Position numbers and translations under genes: made by a program. The notes under the pieces are model-generated. The model did not search any database and had not been told where the DNA came from. It saw nothing but the letters and a program-made list of their open reading frames with translations. A stretch of DNA of 64,000 bases from Octopus bimaculoides (taxonomy: Eukaryota), in the NCBI RefSeq assembly GCF_001194135.2, contig NC_068992.1, positions 12,602,796-12,666,795 on the forward strand, read 5' to 3'. Position 1 is the first letter of the stretch; each line of letters begins with the position of its first letter. This document shows, one piece after another, positions 14,185 to 27,090 of this stretch.

Positions 14185-14400
14185 GTATATTCTTATCCTT
14201 GTTTCAGTCATTTTGACGGTGGCCACGCTCCAGCACCGCCTTTTAGTCGCGGAAATTGGCCCCTCGTCTTATTCTTTGTAAGCCTAGTACTTATTCTATC
14301 GGGCTGTTATGCCGAACCGCTAGGTGATGGAAAGTAGACACACCAAGATTGGTTGTCAAGCGATAGTGGGGGGATACACACAGACACAGACACACAGAAA
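14185..14400 (-). mobile_element. SINE family D (3' half of composite SINE)
   Basis: TTGTTTCAGTCATTTTGAC...CCAGCACCGCCTTTTAGTCG...CTTATTCTTTGTAAGCCTAGTACTTATTCTATCGG...GCCGAACCGCTA is the reverse complement of 28988-29085 and 50145-50290. Confidence 0.85.
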
Positions 14401-14657
14401 TTTACACATACATACACACATACATGCATACATGCATATATACATATGTATGTATACATACATATATACACGCCGAAGTTTTAATGGTGGCAGCTGATGA
14501 AGGGGATGTTTCTATGTGGCCTGCTTGTTTGTTGCACCTTGTTTACCATTTTGTCCTTGTTCTTTTGCCACGTCATGTACCCAGTTATGTATCTATATGT
14601 ACATGTAGATGAACGTATATACATACATGTACATATATATGCATATACTCATATATT

Positions 14658-14718
<61 letters not shown>

Positions 14719-15226
14719 CAAAATGCTAGTTCTAAAATCTCTCTAAGAGTCAAAGCAGTAGTTATACTGACACGTAATATTCGCAGCCACTTTAACATTG
14801 CTGTTCGTTTGAGCGGATTCTACTGCGGTTTTTTAACCCCTCTAGCTGGTTAACAATGTACAGCTGCATCTGACAAAATATTACTTGTAAATTCAACTAT
14901 TGCGTTGTTCTCTTAATAGATACATGGAGACATTACAGCATCAGAAAAAAACTGTTTTCATCAGCTAAATACAAGAATCATAACATTCAACAATATTCGA
15001 AAGCCAACAGTTTGTACCACTTCATGATTCTATGAGCCTTATTGGTCAGAGAATGAATTTGATTGTTCCTTTTGATGGTATTATGGAAGAAAATAACGAG
15101 TTATATATATATATGTGTGTGTGTGTGTGCGTGTGTGAGTGTGTGTGTGTGTGTATGTGTGTGTGTGTGTGTGCGTGTGTGTGTGTGGGTGCATGCGCAT
15201 GTGAAGACAAAGATAGATAGATAGAT

Positions 15227-15257
<31 letters not shown>

Positions 15258-16224
15258 TGGATCCTGAAGTATGCTGATATTCCATATCTATAACTTAACA
15301 ATTGGGATCAAAAGCCAAAGTTTAACGTAACTGTAATTCTTAGTGAATTGTTTGGCGCTACTTTGCTAAGTTTGCTTAGATTGGATGAATCATCGGTTTT
15401 AATGGAATGGACTGCAGTAGAGTATGGTATTCATTTTTGTAATGCTTCAGCGTGATTAATTCACTATTTTAAATACCAAAGCTGCCTTCCAGTGTATTTT
15501 TACTAAAATCAGTGACTTGTAAAAAGCCGTCTCCTCCTTACTAAATCTGCAATATTGGTTGATTTTAATTTTTTGTCTCACTAGCTCAAGTATGCTAACG
15601 TCCACTTAGCTAGATCTTACGCTAGAGAATCAACCAAATTTTAAACAACGTTGATCAACAATTATATACATTGTTGGATTAGCCACTGACATTTAAAAAT
15701 TTGAAATATGAAATATTTTGATTGTATCAATAAAATATTTTAAGAATTTTTAAGTGTAGCTGTTTATTTAGACATTTCATGGAGTTTTCTCTCCGCCAAG
15801 CAATTTTGGTACACATTAGATGCTCAATGTTTGCATTGTATTTTTTTTTTGTTTTCATTTTCAAATCCCAGACGTATATTGAGATTTATTTGTTCCATGC
15901 AGAAGTCAACATTGGATATTTCTCTGTCAGTTTTTCTTTCTTTCTATAATTATTGGACCATCTGTGGAAATATTACACGTCTCCGCTTATTTTCTGATAT
16001 TACTGTCACTAAAGAGAACTAATAAAAACTAATCATTAGCAGGATTATCTTCCTGCCGCATTGAATAACAGTTAATTTATTTTGATCTAAATAGCGGGTT
16101 AATATGCCACAGCCAACACCACAACATGCTTTTACTAAATCTTATAAGCTAATGTAAAAAATTAGTATTAGAAGTTGGTGTTGATATGAATTTCCAGTGC
16201 TGCCTTTGTAACTACTGTGTTGTA

Positions 16225-16234
16225 ATTGCTGTCG

Positions 16235-16291
<57 letters not shown>

Positions 16292-16320
16292 TTGTTCTTG
16301 TTCTAGTTGTTGTTTGTTCC
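16225..16320. repeat. (TTG)n/(CAA)n microsatellite
   Basis: Directly visible; it explains the poly-Q ORF 16142-16372. Confidence 0.9.
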
Positions 16321-17004
16321 AAGCTCGTCCTTCACCGAACAAACCAATGAAAAACCCATTCGACCCATTCATTTCTTTATATATATTATAATATGTTTTA
16401 TGGACAGTGGTTTTGCCGGTCGCAGTATTCCAGTGGACCTCTCTCTATTTAACGATTCTAACAGAAGAGAATGAGATGCCTTGTTACTCAAGATATTTTT
16501 GTTGAAAATTTGCCGTTTTACAATGACATGTTATACTCAGAAGGTAATTACTTGTTGCAGACTTGAACATAAGATCGATAAATACGTCATCCTAACGGTT
16601 ATATTGTTTTAAAAAACCTAATCGCATTAGTTATAATTTATTGTCAGCCGGTAGAGAAAATGCATAATTCTGATATGATCTGAATTCAGAGTATAAGAAT
16701 ATATTGTCATTGAATACTGCAATACTTTCAAGGAGCCTCGATCTGTAAGAAGTAACATCTAAATGAATATCGAATATCATCTGGTTTAAATAAAGTAACA
16801 TTGGAAAATGGAGACACTGGTCATACAAAAATATTTCATGGATGGAATAATAGCATTGTGGTTATTGTGGTTTACCTCGTAACAAACAATTGCCGATTTC
16901 CATTCGAATGTGCGCACATCCTACTTCATTGAATATTTTAAAAGAATATCGCGGTGACAATTTTATTGCATTTAGGTGCAAGAGTCTTTTAGTTACTCAT
17001 AGCT

Positions 17005-17085
17005 GGAACGCCTTTAATCAAGTATCTACTCAACCAGAACAGGCCCAGGGTTAAACAACAACCAATTTAGAAAGAAGTATTCAGT
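17005..17085 (-). repeat. Interspersed repeat family F fragment
   Basis: The reverse complement GTTGTTTAACCCTGGG...TTGATTAAAGGCGTTCCAGC resembles 59765-59860 and 42840-43015. Confidence 0.4.
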
Positions 17086-17529
17086 GTTGGACATACATTT
17101 CTAGAGATTTTTTCCTTTTTCTTTCGTTTTCGTTATTTGCTTAAAATTAGTCTGACGGTGTCCTGATCGAACAGACATATCGGTCGAATGAGTTCCAGGA
17201 AATATGTATTGATCAACGAGAACACAGAGTTTTTTTTTTCTTTTAGTACAACAGCCTGGCTTAAATCGTAATTTCAGAACATTTTATTTGTTATTACTGT
17301 TTATCCCAAGTTAATCTCTATTCAAATCCATTCCTGTTGTGACAATCATGTCTTTACTTTTTAAAACAGAGTTTATCTATGCAATTCATTCATGTCTTTT
17401 CTCTCACCAACAAAATTCGACATGATTTGAGCGCTTTTTCGCTTTCATTTCGCTAGTCCGTCTGCCATGTCATACGACGACATAAAGCAAAAAACAGCTG
17501 GCTATTTAATAAATTGGCGTTGGTGTTAG

Positions 17530-18087
17530 TTCGTGGGTGTCGACGATAGTATAAATGGTAGAAGTTTTCTTCGTTGTGGAGTCATTGTTGATTATAGTGA
17601 TTCTGATGATGGTGTCCATAGTGTCGGCAGGAGTGAACGAGATGTGTTGGAAGTTGATATGCGTGATGGTGATGATGATGATGGTTACGAATATGTCATT
17701 AACGATAGGGTCGTACGTGGAGGTGGTAGCGGTAGTGGAGGGGGTTCATGACGGTGTTTCCAACGATTTCAAAAATACAATTGTGAAAACAGATTTCGCA
17801 AATGGTAGCAGTAGAGCGTCAGTAGGTGTTTGTAGGGGTGGGTCACGTTGAAAGAATACTGTCGGGAATACGGTTAGTTGTTGTACTTGTTGTTGTTGTT
17901 GTTGTGGTGGTGGTGGTATTTTTGGTGGTAGTGGTGGTGGTGGTGGTGGTAATCGTCGTCGTTGTCGTCGAACTTGACTGTGTAACGATAATGACGACCA
18001 CGACAATGACAACGACGACATGAAGCAGGTGGAGGAGGAGGAGGAGGGGGAGAAGTGGAGGAGGAGGAGGAGGGAGAGTGGAGGAGG
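17530..18087. repeat. Decayed and compound trinucleotide array (GAT/GGT/GTT/GAC/GGA)
   Basis: Visible periodicity running into an N gap; it explains several low-complexity ORFs. Confidence 0.8.
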
Positions 18088-19299
18088 NNNNNNNNNNNNN
18101 NNNNNNNNNNNNNNNNNNNNNNNNNNNNNNNNNNNNNNNNNNNNNNNNNNNNNNNNNNNNNNNNNNNNNNNNNNNNNNNNNNNNNNNNNNNNNNNNNNNN
18201 NNNNNNNNNNNNNNNNNNNNNNNNNNNNNNNNNNNNNNNNNNNNNNNNNNNNNNNNNNNNNNNNNNNNNNNNNNNNNNNNNNNNNNNNNNNNNNNNNNNN
18301 NNNNNNNNNNNNNNNNNNNNNNNNNNNNNNNNNNNNNNNNNNNNNNNNNNNNNNNNNNNNNNNNNNNNNNNNNNNNNNNNNNNNNNNNNNNNNNNNNNNN
18401 NNNNNNNNNNNNNNNNNNNNNNNNNNNNNNNNNNNNNNNNNNNNNNNNNNNNNNNNNNNNNNNNNNNNNNNNNNNNNNNNNNNNNNNNNNNNNNNNNTAT
18501 ATATACATATATAGAACTAAAAGGCACCCATTATGTCTGGGCTTAGCGAATGTTTAATTGTAAGTGTTCCAGATGAGCAATAGTAGAGAAAAGACATTAG
18601 TTAATCATCAATCATAAACAATTCCTGATTTTTATTAAGTCTTTTGACTCGAATTCTTCAGTTTCCAAATTTCTGATAGAGAAATTTCGTGATATTTCTC
18701 ATCTATTGTGTTGCCACGAGATGAATATCTGTTGCTTTCCTTGTTGTCATTTTATGTTTTCTTTACTATTGTTATTCTTATTCTTGCAGATTTGTTTTGT
18801 TTTGATTTGAGAAGTTATAGCTCTTTATATTATTATGGCTCCATATATTGTTTTTGGTAGTGTTGTTGTTGTTGTTGTTCTTGCTGTAACTATTGCTGTT
18901 GTATTTGGTGTAGCAGCAGATTTGTGTTGCTTGCTATTTGTTAATGTTGTTAGTGTTGTTGGTAAATTATGTTGTCTTTGTCTTACTTTCAGCATTTCAT
19001 TTTTTTTGCTTGTATTTTCTTTGTCTTGAAGTATTTAACATTATTTTTCTTTGTGTGTTGTGCGTGTGTGTGTGTGTAAGTATGTTTTTGTGTATGTGTG
19101 TTCGTGCGTGTGTAAGTGTGTGTTTTTTTGTTTATGTGTGTGCGAGCATTTGTGTTTGTGATTTCAATCATAGTTTTCTCTCGACATTTATTTTGCTTAG
19201 TTTTGTTTTGTTTTTTTCTTTTTGTTTTTACATCAATGTTGATATGACTAAGCACACAGATTGATTGATACAAGTTGATTTATAGACACTTCCGATTAA

Positions 19300-20280
19300 G
19301 CAAGAATATTGCATCCAGCATGAAATTCAGTATCGTCAGATCGTTCAAACAACTCAAGATAAAAATTATGAAAAACATTTGCCAACGACATAAAACTAAA
19401 GACAATGGAATATGAGAGACACTATGTGAGATCTCATCTTGCAAAACATGTCAGCCTAATTCTTCTAACACAAAACTCCATTGTCTTAAGGAAATAAGAA
19501 GCATGTAAACTATAATGTGAACCTGTAATAACTACGACTGAAAATTAAAAAGAACGGTAGGGGCATTTTTGAGATTATACGACAGTTCGATAATAATTGA
19601 TTTAAAGTTAAGCAAAAACGATAATATTCGCAAAAAGAACGAACTAATACTCAAAACAACGAATCTCCAGTCCTCCTTCCGATCTTCTATAAATAACAGC
19701 TGTTGTGTATCAACAAAGACTGTACTATCTTAAGAAGGAACGAAGAGAGCATTGGATAAAGTATCTGAAAAACGTCGGGCTACTTATGCCTAGAAAATAT
19801 TCGTACGCCTTTAATCATGTGTTCTCTCAACAAGAACTTGCCTAATGCTAACGAACGACAAATTTAGAGAAAGAAAATATGTAATGGACATAGGTTTCTT
19901 TAACTTCTCTTCCTTGTCGTTTATATATTTCTCTTAGAATTAGGATGAGTTTATCCGACGCATCATTTATTTAACATTTTTGTTATCGCTTTTATTGCTA
20001 ATGGTGTCGATATAGTAGAAACGTTGATGATATTCTTCACCTCTGTTGGATTGGAAATCAGAACAAAAAGCCGGAACAAATAACCCCCCGACGTCATAAT
20101 TAACCAACCAACCAATCAATCATCATAAGTGCAACTGGATAATACCATTATTCATATGCTGTTGCCATATTTTTTAAACCCAGATAAATCCTGATTGAGC
20201 TGAACTATGTTCAAATCATTTCATCTGTGCATCTCTTCTGTATTCCTAACGACAAAGAACATAGAACGAAATTCAACATT
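19300..20280 (+). mobile_element. Possible highly decayed Penelope-like element remnant
   Basis: Lys/Asn-rich coding-like sequence, and a stretch at ~20218-20255 that resembles SFDV.SLF..IP only after assumed mutations. Weak. Confidence 0.3.
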
Positions 20281-20315
20281 GTTTCACTCCTTAAGCTGGC
20301 TGAATGTAATTTAAA

Positions 20316-20515
20316 GGAGATTGCGAACTGGCAGAACCGTTAGCGGCATTTAGTCCGTCTTTTTACGTTCTGAGTTCAGATACCACCGAGGTAAGCTTTG
20401 ACTTTCATCCTTTCGAAGACGATAAAATAAATACCCGTTGAGCAGTGGGGTCGATGTAACCGATTTACCCCCTCTCCTAAAATTGTTGGCCTTGTGCCAA
20501 ACTTTGAAACCAATA
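20316..20515 (+). mobile_element. SINE family A copy (tail 1)
   Basis: CTGGCAGAACCGTTAGC...TTCTGAGTTCAGAT...GGCCTTGTGCCAAACTTTGAAACCAATA. Confidence 0.85.
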
Positions 20516-20527
20516 GCTAGATTCAGC

Positions 20528-20792
20528 CTGAGTGCTGGCAGAACCGTGAAAGCGTCGGAAAAACTGCTTTGCGCTACTTTGCGCTACTTTGCGCTACTTT
20601 GCGCTACTTTGCGCTATTTTTTCCGGTGGTTTACGTCTGAGTTCAAATCTCACCAATCTCAGCTTTGCCTTTCATTTATTCGGCTCCATGAAACAGCGCA
20701 TCTTTCTAACACTAGAGTCGATGAAATCAGCTAAATCCCCATCCCATTCCACCCTAAAATTCCTGGTCTTGTGCCTAAATCGGGAACCAATA
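20528..20792 (+). mobile_element. SINE family A copy with internal 10-bp tandem expansion
   Basis: GCTGGCAGAACCG...(CTTTGCGCTA)x5 at 20567-20616...TCTGAGTTCAAATC...CTTGTGCCTAAATCGGGAACCAATA. Confidence 0.85.
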
Positions 20793-21427
20793 CTTAGCAA
20801 GGTTTCTTGAAACACGGATCTGAAATCTTTGATATGCAATTTTTTACCGATCAAGTATATCGATGTACCTCTCAAAATTCTTACAACTGGGTTGCTTTGA
20901 GCAATGGACTATCGTTTTGTCCAAAGAAAGCTGAGTATACCTCTTGTGTGCTGATAACTTAAAACCAGAAAGTAGAAACATCATGACGCAGAGGTCCAGA
21001 GAAACATCACATTATTTAAAGTACCAAAAACTGTCAATATACCAGTATATTTGGATATATGACGTGAAATATAACGAAGTGAATTTGCAAAAAGTACCAA
21101 AATGTTGACTGATAAAATTTTAAAAATCAAATTGATGCGCCAAATAAGGCCAGTTTTGAACGTTTATATCAAAGGGAAGATGAAGCCGTAGAGAATTACA
21201 TATTTGGGAATCAATATTGGCAGATATTGAAATGTATGGAAGATATATGTATTATTTCAACGTCAAATATGTTCGCTTCGTTTATTGACAGGTGTATAAA
21301 TGTTGGCTAATATATCAATATATATATTCACAATATAGTGACTACATCTAGTCTCAGATCAGATGCACTCGCATTACTATAAGAATGCACACGTGAACTT
21401 GTACATGTATACACCCCGCACAAATGT

Positions 21428-21507
21428 GTGTATCTTTTTTATCGTATTTGTTTCAGTCATTCAACTGCGACATTGCTGGGAAGAGTTTAGTCGAGTGATC
21501 TTCCCCA

Positions 21508-21561
<54 letters not shown>

Positions 21562-21690
21562 GATGGGCTTGTTTGAGTTTCCGGCCACAAAACTAATCTG
21601 CTCGCAAAGTTTCGGTTGACATGGCGCTATACTAGAAGACAACACGCCCAATATACCATACAGTTCCTGCAGAACTTTTCGAATTAGGTG
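21428..21690 (-). mobile_element. Composite SINE (E head + (TA)n + D tail), diverged
   Basis: The D tail (TTTGTTTCAGTCATT...TTTAGTCGA) lies left of a (TA)n run at ~21509-21560. E-type sequence (TACGATGGGCTT...GCTATACTAGAAGACA) lies to its right. Confidence 0.7.
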
Positions 21691-21699
21691 ATGTTGTAT

Positions 21700-22330
21700 T
21701 AGGAAATTCTTTTCCGCTCTGATTTTCTTGTTATGAACTAAGACGAGTTTCGAGAAATTATTTTCAGGGAAAATATCAACAACAGAAAACAAGCAACACG
21801 ATCATTTTTATTCAAGAAAATAACTTCCAAACATACACAGTACAATGTGTATAAATAAAAGCTGTGGCGTGTGTTCTTGATAGAGGAATGGAAGTTATTG
21901 GGAGGATTAAAAACCTTATTTTCTATCTTATAATTCATCGTCATTATTTGCTTGAAAAGGAATCAGCTTGAGTAAAAACTGATTTTTTTGTTTTGTTTTG
22001 TTTCTTTTTTATAGTCGATGCTTCAGTGTAGTTTTGTATGCCAATCATCGTGGCGGCCAGAATTAAGTTGGTGACAAACCAAGCGATTGTGTCTGTAACA
22101 TACAGCCTGATTGGAGATCTAGTTCTCGAAAGGAAACTTTCCGAAGTTGAAGTGTGGCTACGAATAATGTTTACGCATATTTCTTGCATATAGGCTGTTA
22201 GAAGATATCTCTTACAGTTAAGACATTCATTGCACCAATTATTGCAGATCAAATAATTTGTAATTCATGCAAGTGCTTCCTCAGCACTTCTTTCATACGC
22301 CGATGAAAGTAAATATGATGCATCCTGTTA
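21700..22330 (+). mobile_element. Decayed hAT transposase remnant (C-terminal dimerisation domain)
   Basis: 22101-22180 reads YSLIGDLVL..ETF.EVEVWLRIMFT (one frameshift), matching the hATC motif L..TFPNVE.ALRI. Confidence 0.5.
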
Positions 22331-22955
22331 AGTTCTATTACGAGTTGTTCATAAGAATATACAACTCTAGGATATTAATTTCGTGTTAACTTCATGTTAA
22401 GCATTTTGAAGTGAGTTTGCTTGTTTGCTTGGATTTTATGGTATGTTTTCTTTATATAGAATTTTTCAGCATCTCAGAGAAGATTCGATAGTTCTGAAAT
22501 GCTAGTATATATGTCAGACACTCGTTGAATATAGAAAGAAGTATAAAAGCAGAAACGTAACTTTTATTTATTTACGTTATAGATGACTTGCATATGAGAT
22601 GCTTGTTAACAACTGCAATATCTTGTTTCGTTGAAAACGTTTAATAATATCGTGCATGAGTATTTCGTGATACGTACATGGAAGTATTTCAACAAACGTT
22701 TTGATGCATGATGACAAAAAGATAACAGCTCTGAATGTTTGTTTAGGGAGGATATAATGAGGAAAAGAATATTATCATATTCATTTACTTTTTTTCAAGA
22801 ATTGAAATATCACAACTTTAAGATATATGTATCTTAGTAAATGGTAATACATTGCATGTAAATTTGGAGATACTGATTCTTCAATTAAAACATATCTAAT
22901 TCTAGAAATTTGTTCTATATTACTTTTCGTAATATTTGAAAGTGTTTTTTATACA

Positions 22956-23173
22956 GTGGAGGCGCAATAGCCCAGTTGTTAGGGCAGCGGACTCGCGGTC
23001 ATAGGATTGTGGTTTCGATTCCCAGACCGGGCGTTGTGAGTGTTTATTGAGCGAAAACACCTAAAGCCCACAAGGCTCGGCCACTTGCACGTTAATTTCA
23101 GGAGCAGGCTGTTCCGTTGATCGGATCAACTGGAACCCTCGACATCGTAAACGACGGAATGCCAACAAGAACA
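22956..23173 (+). mobile_element. tRNA-derived SINE family B, internally deleted copy with 11-bp TSD
   Basis: The head GGAGGCGCAATAGCCCAGTTGTTAGGGCAGCGG...GGTTTCGATTCCCAGACCGGGCG and the 3' end GATCGGATCAACTGGAACCC...GGAATGCCAACA match 30349-30732. TTTTTTATACA occurs at 22945-22955 and 23174-23184. Confidence 0.9.
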
Positions 23174-23344
23174 TTTTTTATACATTTACACCTTAACTTA
23201 AAAGAGGTTTTAGCCAATTTGAGCTGTTTTGAAACGGAATTATTTACTGTTAATAACATCGCACAGTATATCACTTGTTTCAAATAGCCTAAATTGTTCA
23301 CTGACTGTGTCACAGTGTTAAAATAATCTTAATATTTTCTACTA

Positions 23345-23547
23345 TAGCCATAAAGCCTGAAATTGGCGGGAGGTGGATAGTCGATTACATCGACACCAGT
23401 ACTTGACTGGTACTTAATTTATCGACCCTGAAAGGATGAAAGTCAAAGTCGACCTCGGCAGTACTTGAACTCAGAATGTAGCGGCAGACGAAATACCGCT
23501 AAGTATTTCGCCCGGCGTGAAAACGATTCTACCATTTCACTGCCTTA
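23345..23547 (-). mobile_element. SINE family A copy
   Basis: GTCGATTACATCGAC...AAAGTCGACCTCGGC...GAACTCAGAA...TATTTCGCCCGGCGTG, the reverse complement of the core. Confidence 0.9.
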
Positions 23548-23569
23548 CCGTGTTAAAATAATAATAACG

Positions 23570-23762
23570 GGAGGAATTAGATGTTGAACGCCGTGTAGAA
23601 TATTTACTATTAATGATTTCTAAACTTATTCCGCTGAAATCGACTTTGCCATTTATTCTTTTTAGGGTCGAAAAATAAATATCAGTTGAGCACTGGGGTG
23701 GATGTAATCGACGTATCCTGTCCTTGAAACTGCTGGCCTTGTGTCAAAATTTGAAACCAATA
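23570..23762 (+). mobile_element. SINE family A copy (diverged, tail 1)
   Basis: TTCCGCTGAAATCGACTTTGCC...GGGTCGAAAAATAA...GGCCTTGTGTCAAAATTTGAAACCAATA. Confidence 0.8.
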
Positions 23763-23810
23763 TTTATGTAATGCACACAATTAATCTTAGGATTATACTC
23801 ACTGCCCCAT

Positions 23811-24024
23811 GCGGCGAGCTGGCAGACTCGTTAGCACGCCGGGCGAAATGCTTAGCGACATTTCGTCTTCCGTTACGTTCTGTGTTCAAATATCGCCGAG
23901 GTCGACTTTGCCTTTCATCCTTTTCTGGCTCGATTAAATAAGTACCAGTTATGCACTAGGGTCGATGTAATCGACTATCTCCTCCTCAAACTTTTCTGGC
24001 CTTGTGCCTACAGTAGAAACAATT
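23811..24024 (+). mobile_element. SINE family A copy (tail 2)
   Basis: GCGGCGAGCTGGCAGACTCGTTAGCACGCCGGGCGAAATGCTTAGCG...GGCCTTGTGCCTACAGTAGAAAC. The A-box-like TGGCAGA.TCGTTAG and B-box-like GTTCAAAT are present. Confidence 0.92.
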
Positions 24025-24806
24025 CTACTCACAACCTTTCAACACGTAATTCTCATATCTCACACAGATGTTTCGAAGAATGATATATTCACGGTAACCA
24101 TTTATTATGAATATCTGCTAAATTATTTATCACGATAACCAACATTTTTCTTGGTATATTTTTGCGCTATAATTTATTTTGGTTTCCTTTATGACGAAAA
24201 TTGAAGAGATATCTCCGAAATTATCTAAATGTAAATTTGTAATAGCTGTAGCTCCATGCCTTTAAATAACTAAAATATAACTCTGAAAGTAGCTAAATTC
24301 TGATTATTCATATTACTATGGAAACTGCTATCTAAATATAAATTTGACTGTAAAATATTTGGTAAAAAAATGTAAAATATCCAAATATATTACAAATTTC
24401 TGTGAAATTTAGGTTACCATCACAATATCATAAGGATTAGCATTATTCGTCTCTACCCACAAGCCAAAAAGAAGCAACGATGATGAATACTTGGCTATTT
24501 TGATAAAGGAATCATTGACTGAAATATAATTCCTTGTTAAATGCAATTATCGAAGATTGAAATTAGATTATACCAAACTGGGTGAATTTATAGACTGGTT
24601 TATTCTTAATGCTATTAAGCGAATTAATAGCAAAATTCCCGTTATTCTATAAATGTCAAACGGTTGTTTGTTTAATTTTCTGAATTATCTTCTCTAAGAT
24701 ACTTTTATTCACAATACCTAACTCAGATTTTTGCTGAAGTATTCAAAAATGCACATTTAAGACGCCGCATATGGTTTCTTACATCACACACACAGACACA
24801 GACACA

Positions 24807-24843
<37 letters not shown>

Positions 24844-26380
24844 ACACAAATATACGTATTGAAAATTCTGTCCCTGTATCAGGATTCTTAGTTATCTCTG
24901 TAACTTTCAAATCTCTTTTGCCTCTAATACTTTCCCATATACATAAACACACAGACACTCACACACACATACACACACAAATATTTTTATGTAATTCTTA
25001 TTTTTATGTTATACAGTTTTTAATTTTTATTTTTTAACTTTCAAGTGGTGTCTATTATATATTCAATCTTAATCCTGACTTAAACTCACGACTTATATAC
25101 CGTTCCATGATAAAGATTTAGCAACGCACTACAAAACTAATATTTAATTTAATTTAATTTATTTTTACAGATTCGAGACCTTTAATCTTAATTGATTAAA
25201 TTATTTTAATTTTTAAAAACCTTTTAAATTGAATACATTATATATTTACCCTATTAATTTTCACCCCCAGTCTTCTTCACACGTTTGTTATCTATGTATC
25301 ACTAGCTCGTATTCATTCTCAGTCTATACATTTGGATTTATAAAAGGTTTCTTTTTCCCTTTCCGTTATCATCGGAAAAAAGATTCGTGTATGCTTCTAA
25401 GTGAGATTGTGTCTGTGTATGTGTTTGTTTACCAGTTACCTAGTTTTCTTACATTGCATATCTGTGCGTTAGAGTGTGAGCCTGTCCGTTTCACTGGGCT
25501 TCTCACATTGTCTACTCTTTTGGTTCTTGATTACATAGCATAACGTTCAGAGATACAGTGACATTATATGGCTGAATCGAACCTATTACATAACACAATA
25601 ATGGAAAGTAATTTTACCCATGTGAATATATCATTTCTATCATCAAGAGGTTAAATATTGCTAAAATATTATGAAAATATACCGAAGGGAATCTAAAGCT
25701 AATTATGACTGAATACGAATGTAGTTATAGCAAGATGATAACAAAATAACAATTTTTTTTTATCCGACATTGTTAAATTTAGAGATAAATCTATCTTAAA
25801 AACCTTTTCGATGGAAATAATTCATATTAAGCTAATGACTGTCTAATTGGGGCCTATAAAGAAGCATAGAATTAAAAATACCAAGAAACAAACAAATACA
25901 CATGATATTTGTGGATGTGTGGTTTCCGATAATTTATTGGTGTGTATGTGTGTAAGAGTGAATGACTGTACGCGATTATGTGAATATGCACGACCTTGCT
26001 CGTACAAGCTAACAAGTAAATACATGCATACATCAATGTATACACATGTATGTATATATATAAATATGCATATATATACATATATATTGCAAACACACAT
26101 GTATGTACATATATACACGCATATATATCATGATATAGATAGATATATATATACGTATGTGTGTGTATGCGTGCGTGAGTGTATGTGTGTGTACGTACGT
26201 GTGTGTGTGTGTGTGTGTACGTATTTGTACAATTATATTCAGAAGTGAGGTCGCTGAACTGATTTGGGGAAAATGTTTAAATATTTACTAATATACATTG
26301 ACAGCACAATTACTGACAACAACAAAAAAATTACTCAAAATGAAAGTATTCAGTGGAATGTATCGCACAATCATATATAC

Positions 26381-26417
<37 letters not shown>

Positions 26418-26728
26418 NNNNNNNNNNNNNNNNNNNNNNNNNNNNNNNNNNNNNNNNNNNNNNNNNNNNNNNNNNNNNNNNNNNNNNNNNNNNNNNNNNN
26501 NNNNNNNNNNNNNNNNNNNNNNNNNNNNNNNNNNNNNNNNNNNNNNNNNNNNNNNNNNNNNNNNNNNNNNNNNNNNNNNNNNNNNNNNNNNNNNNNNNNN
26601 NNNNNNNNNNNNNNNNNNNNNNNNNNNNNNNNNNNNNNNNNNNNNNNNNNNNNNNNNNNNNNNNNNNNNNNNNNNNNNNNNNNNNNNNNNNNNNNNNNNN
26701 NNNNNNNNNNNNNNNNNNNNNNNNNNNN

Positions 26729-26782
<54 letters not shown>

Positions 26783-26984
26783 TACATATATGCATACATG
26801 CATACAACATGACATACATACATACAAAAATGCATATATACATACATATAAATACATTGGTGTATATGTATAAATAGCAAGTAAACCAATAACAAGAACT
26901 CTGAGGTTCAACTCATTTGCAATAATGTGGAAACAAGAACCCAATTTAAATTACAAAAAGCGGAAAAACTGCGACTACTATGGA

Positions 26985-27090
26985 TGGATGGATGATGATG
27001 GTGACGATGAAAACGACGACGACGACGGAAATGATGACGATGCTGATCACGGTGATGACGAGGATGTTGTTGATGATGATGATAGTAATG
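26985..27090. repeat. (GAT/GAC)n decayed trinucleotide array
   Basis: Visible; it explains the Asp-rich and His-rich ORFs. Confidence 0.85.

Noticed and set aside
16142-16372. Poly-Q ORF
   Set aside because: Explained by a (CAA)n microsatellite; no splice or domain support.
20880-21300. Possible L1/Tx1 3' remnant
   Set aside because: No diagnostic motif could be read.
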